The notes beneath the pieces are model-generated. The model was not told the DNA's origin, searched no databases, and saw only the letters and a program-made list of their open reading frames with translations. A DNA stretch of 64,000 nt from NCBI GenBank assembly GCA_035380245.1, contig DAOSXA010000003.1, positions 486,926 to 550,925 of the forward strand. The letters run 5' to 3'. The stretch is from Candidatus Zixiibacteriota bacterium. GTDB lineage: Bacteria; Zixibacteria; MSB-5A5; GN15; FEB-12. Position numbers and translations under genes: made by a program. Shown here piece after piece: positions 60,866 through 64,000 of the stretch. Each line of letters begins with the position of its first letter. Positions within the stretch are counted from its first letter, which is position 1.

Positions 60866-62848
60866 ATGTGCGGGATTGCCGGCTATTTCCGTCTGGTTGA
60901 ACCAGGCCCTCCCGATCATGCCTTAATCCAGCGTATGGTTGGGGCGATCCGGCATCGGGGACCGGACGAGTTCGGTGCTTATTTCAGCGATCGTTGCGGT
61001 CTTGGTCAGGCCCGGCTTTCGATTATCGATCTTGCCGGAGGCTCGCAACCGCTTGCCAACGAGGACAACACTCTCTGGATCACTTTCAACGGTGAGATAT
61101 TCAACTACCTCGAACTGCGAGGGGAATTAGTCGCGGCCGGGCATCGTTTCCGTACGCAGTCCGATACCGAAGTTATCGTTCATGCCTATGAAGAGTGGGG
61201 GACCGGGTGTCTCGATCGTTTCAACGGTCAGTTTGCCTTTGTAATCTACGACTCCCGAAAGCAGCAGATTTTTGCCGCCCGTGACCGGCTTGGCATTCGG
61301 CCTCTTTTTTATGCCGACAAGGATGGTGTTTTCTATTTTGCCTCGGAAATCAAATCGATTTTTTGCCGGTCGGCATTGACGCGGGAGATCGATCCGATCG
61401 GGCTCGATCAAATTTTCACCTGGTGGACCACTGCCCCCCCGCGTACGGCGTTCAAGGGGATAAACGAGTTGGCGGCCGGGCAGTATCTGACTATCTCCGA
61501 CGGTAAAATCCGAGTAAGCTCGTATTGGTCACAAAGTTTTCCGACCGAGTTCGATTTTGACCGGTCGCTGTCATCCTGGGCCGAGGAACTACAGGAGCTT
61601 CTGATTGACTCCGTTCGCCTGCGTTTGCGGGCTGATGTCCCTGTCGGAGCATATTTATCGGGCGGGCTGGATTCGTCCGCTACGACCGCTCTGATCAAAC
61701 ATTTCACCGATACCCCGGTGGAGACATTCTCGATAGCTTTCCACGATCAGGCCTACGATGAATCCGGTTATCAGAAGCAGATGGCCGAATATCTCGGAAC
61801 CAGACATCATCAGATTCAATGTGACTACGGTGATATCGCCGCCAACTTCCCCAAAGCGATCTGGCATGCTGAGCGCCCGATCGTGCGCACGGCTCCGACG
61901 CCGTTGTTGATGCTGTCGGCGCTCGTTCGGCAGAACAACTTCAAGGTAGTATTGACCGGTGAAGGCTCCGATGAAATGCTCGGCGGTTACGATATTTTCA
62001 AGGAAACCATGATCCGTCGCTTTTGGGCGCGAAATCCCGATTCGAGCTGGCGACCGCTGTTGTTGCGCCGGCTCTATCCCACACTGCCGTTGTCGCCGGC
62101 CAGGGCAAGGTTCTACCTGGAGACCTTCTACAAGAAGGGCTTGACGGATATTAACCGGTACTACTATTCTCATCAGCAACGGATCAATACCACCCAACGC
62201 ATCAAGGACCTGTTCTGTGATGAGTTCCGAAATCGGGTGGGGGAATCGCATGCCGTAGATGCGTTCGGGATAGATTTACCGGAGGAGTTTCCTGGCTGGC
62301 ATCATCTTTGTCGAGCCCAATATCTCGAAGCTAGGTCGTTGCTGGCGGGATACCTGCTTTCATCACAGGGAGACCGGGTATCGGCCGCCCATGCCGTGGA
62401 AGGCCGTTATCCGTTTCTTGACCACCGCGTAGCGGAATTCGCCTCGAAAATACCGCCCTGGTATAAACTGATGGGTCTCAAGGAAAAGATGGTGCTAAAA
62501 AAGGCTATGAGCCGCGAATTGCCGCGTGAAATTATCGAGCGGGTGAAGCAACCCTACATGGCGCCGGATTCAAACAGCTTTTTCCGGCCGGGTACGCCGG
62601 AATATGTTGACACTTTGCTTAGTGCGGAGAAAGTCGCTCAGGCGGGGATTTTTGCCCCTGACGCGGTTGAGATGCTTCGGGCCAAATGCGTAAAGTTATC
62701 GCATGCCCATTTGTCCTTTAAGGACAATATGTCGTTTATCGGGGTGCTTTCGACCCAGCTTCTTTGGAGTCAGTACATTGATAATTTTACACCCTCTGAT
62801 CCTGTCGACCGAAAGGATTACAGGGTATGGTTAGATGAAACTTCGTGA
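60866..62848 (+). CDS. asnB: Asparagine synthase (glutamine-hydrolysing)-family amidotransferase
   Basis: MCGIAGYF Ntn-Cys, RGPDE, YLSGGLDSS PP-loop; 660 aa. Confidence 0.85.
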   Translation: MCGIAGYFRLVEPGPPDHALIQRMVGAIRHRGPDEFGAYFSDRCGLGQARLSIIDLAGGSQPLANEDNTLWITFNGEIFNYLELRGELVAAGHRFRTQSDTEVIVHAYEEWGTGCLDRFNGQFAFVIYDSRKQQIFAARDRLGIRPLFYADKDGVFYFASEIKSIFCRSALTREIDPIGLDQIFTWWTTAPPRTAFKGINELAAGQYLTISDGKIRVSSYWSQSFPTEFDFDRSLSSWAEELQELLIDSVRLRLRADVPVGAYLSGGLDSSATTALIKHFTDTPVETFSIAFHDQAYDESGYQKQMAEYLGTRHHQIQCDYGDIAANFPKAIWHAERPIVRTAPTPLLMLSALVRQNNFKVVLTGEGSDEMLGGYDIFKETMIRRFWARNPDSSWRPLLLRRLYPTLPLSPARARFYLETFYKKGLTDINRYYYSHQQRINTTQRIKDLFCDEFRNRVGESHAVDAFGIDLPEEFPGWHHLCRAQYLEARSLLAGYLLSSQGDRVSAAHAVEGRYPFLDHRVAEFASKIPPWYKLMGLKEKMVLKKAMSRELPREIIERVKQPYMAPDSNSFFRPGTPEYVDTLLSAEKVAQAGIFAPDAVEMLRAKCVKLSHAHLSFKDNMSFIGVLSTQLLWSQYIDNFTPSDPVDRKDYRVWLDETS

Positions 62849-62983
62849 ATGGCTTAAGCGTTATCGTAAAATGACTTCGCGGGAGGCTTGACATAACCCG
62901 CAAGAGTGCCGATAGATTATACTGACTGTCGTAATATAGCCGACAGTAGTGCAGCAGAGACTACCAGATGACCGGAGGACTTT

Positions 62984-63229
62984 TTGGACATACGCGCTGA
63001 ACTTAGAGATTTCATTGCCGGAAACTTCATGCTGGGTAAAAACCCGGAAGAGTTAACCGACGATGGATCGTTGCTGGAACTGGGAATAATCGACTCGACC
63101 GGAGTTCTGGAATTGGTTGGATTTCTGGAAGAGCGGTTTGGCATGCAGATCAATGATGAAGAACTCGTGCCGGACAATCTCGATTCCATCAGCAACCTTA
63201 TTAAATTCGTTCAATCCAAGGCCTCCTGA
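62984..63229 (+). CDS. Acyl/peptidyl carrier protein
   Basis: 81 aa. LGIIDSTGVLELV contains the DS phosphopantetheine-attachment motif. The TTG start is preceded by GGAGG (7 nt). Confidence 0.7.
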   Translation: MDIRAELRDFIAGNFMLGKNPEELTDDGSLLELGIIDSTGVLELVGFLEERFGMQINDEELVPDNLDSISNLIKFVQSKAS

Positions 63230-63357
63230 CACCTTTGAAACCCGGCTGTGGGTTCGCATCGTTGATCCGGTCCAATTTCTGGTTGTGTCTGAACGGTGGA
63301 AGCGGTAGTTTCCGGCGTTGAAAGAGAATCTGACATTAGGGACCGTCCTGGACTAAG

Positions 63358-63939
63358 ATGGGAATCATTTGCAAGAGAATTCTATTGGGGCTGGGAATCC
63401 TGGCAACATCACCGCTTATTCTATTATGTTGGCTCGAAACCCTGTTGTGTCGCGGCAAGGGTGAGCGAATCTACAGCCAATGTAAGGAGCTGGTGGCAAC
63501 GGTGCCGACCATCGTGGGGCAATACCTTCGGCTCGGGTTTTATTATGTCGTTTGCGAAAGAATCTCACCGGATGTCAGCTTTCTGCTCGGATCGATGGTT
63601 GCTCATAGAGCTACAACCATAGGCGCCCATACGGTTGTCGGGGCGTACTCGATTGTGGGTTGTGCCGATATTGAAGAAAATGTCTTGATCGGTTCCCGGG
63701 TATCTCTTCTGTCAGGTAAATATCAACACGGCACTCCCGAAGAGCGTGCCAACGGCCAGACTACCAACGATACCTATCAGAGAATTCATGTCGGTCGTGG
63801 TTCCTGGATCGGGGAGCAGGCGGTAGTATTGGCGAATGTCGGCGAGAATTGCACGGTTGGGGCCGGTTCGGTGGTTTTAAGAGATACGGTCGACAACGCA
63901 ACGTACATGGGCAATCCGGCTCGCAAAGTCAGTTTATAA
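63358..63939 (+). CDS. Left-handed beta-helix (hexapeptide-repeat) acyl/acetyltransferase with N-terminal TM helix
   Basis: Hexapeptide repeats (IGAHTVVGAYSIVGCADIEENVLIGSRVSLL; VGRGSWIGEQAVVLANVGENCTVGAGSVV). Hydrophobic N-terminus. Confidence 0.75.
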   Translation: MGIICKRILLGLGILATSPLILLCWLETLLCRGKGERIYSQCKELVATVPTIVGQYLRLGFYYVVCERISPDVSFLLGSMVAHRATTIGAHTVVGAYSIVGCADIEENVLIGSRVSLLSGKYQHGTPEERANGQTTNDTYQRIHVGRGSWIGEQAVVLANVGENCTVGAGSVVLRDTVDNATYMGNPARKVSL

Positions 63940-64000
63940 TCTTGATATTGTTAACACCAAAGAACGAGTGAACCGATGTCGAACTTCTGGAAATTAGTTT

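Noticed and set aside
59907-62251. Minus-strand ORFs of 243 aa (opposite nadE) and 198 aa (opposite asnB)
   Set aside because: They are antisense to genes with PP-loop (SGGxDS) and Ntn-Cys signatures, and have no motif content.
1-64000. Looked for CRISPR arrays, tRNA/rRNA genes, transposases, integrases, prophage or toxin-antitoxin pairs
   Set aside because: I found no direct-repeat/spacer periodicity, no cloverleaf-like intergenic sequences, and no ORF with DDE, tyrosine-recombinase or serine-recombinase motifs. The intergenic regions are short and accounted for by promoters and terminators.

Overview
The window is a gene-dense (about 55 genes) chromosomal segment from an uncultivated-looking Gram-negative bacterium. 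A T9SS/FlgD-Ig-type C-terminal tail and dockerin-like repeats on its secreted proteins suggest an FCB-superphylum-like lineage, but that is a guess. I saw no rRNA, tRNA, CRISPR array, transposase or integrase. All product calls come from reading motifs in the supplied translations; no database search was possible.

Main blocks:
- 3-6940: a secreted-protein / membrane-protein / TonB-receptor-like trio, then HD hydrolase, MFS (UMF1) transporter, PHP hydrolase and a small PHPT1/Janus-like protein.
- 7175-21563: a complete 14-gene nuoA-N complex I operon.
- 21644-30156: S8 protease with dockerin-like tail, purF, a GAF+DHp-only protein, an FAD oxidoreductase and a ClC channel.
- 30223-32937: the most unusual locus. 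One protein fuses a PqqD-like domain, an M50 site-2 protease and a HlyD adaptor. A 24-codon peptide gene ending in GGQ follows it, with its own RBS, promoter candidate and terminator.
- 32927-46883 (minus strand): a 14-kb, 10-gene signalling operon. In transcription order it encodes STAS, an anti-sigma-type kinase, a PP2C phosphatase, NUDIX, an NtrY-like HK, a sigma54 RR, an Omp85-like OMP, a DUF4390-like protein, a GAF-PAS HK and a TPR Ser/Thr kinase.
- 47171-54160 (minus strand): a four-subunit 2-oxoacid:ferredoxin oxidoreductase fused operonically to NuoE/NuoF/NuoG-N-terminal-like subunits and a polyferredoxin.
- 54375-64000: citryl-CoA-lyase-like protein, M24 peptidase, homocysteine methyltransferase, nadE, and the start of an asnB-ACP-acyltransferase locus.
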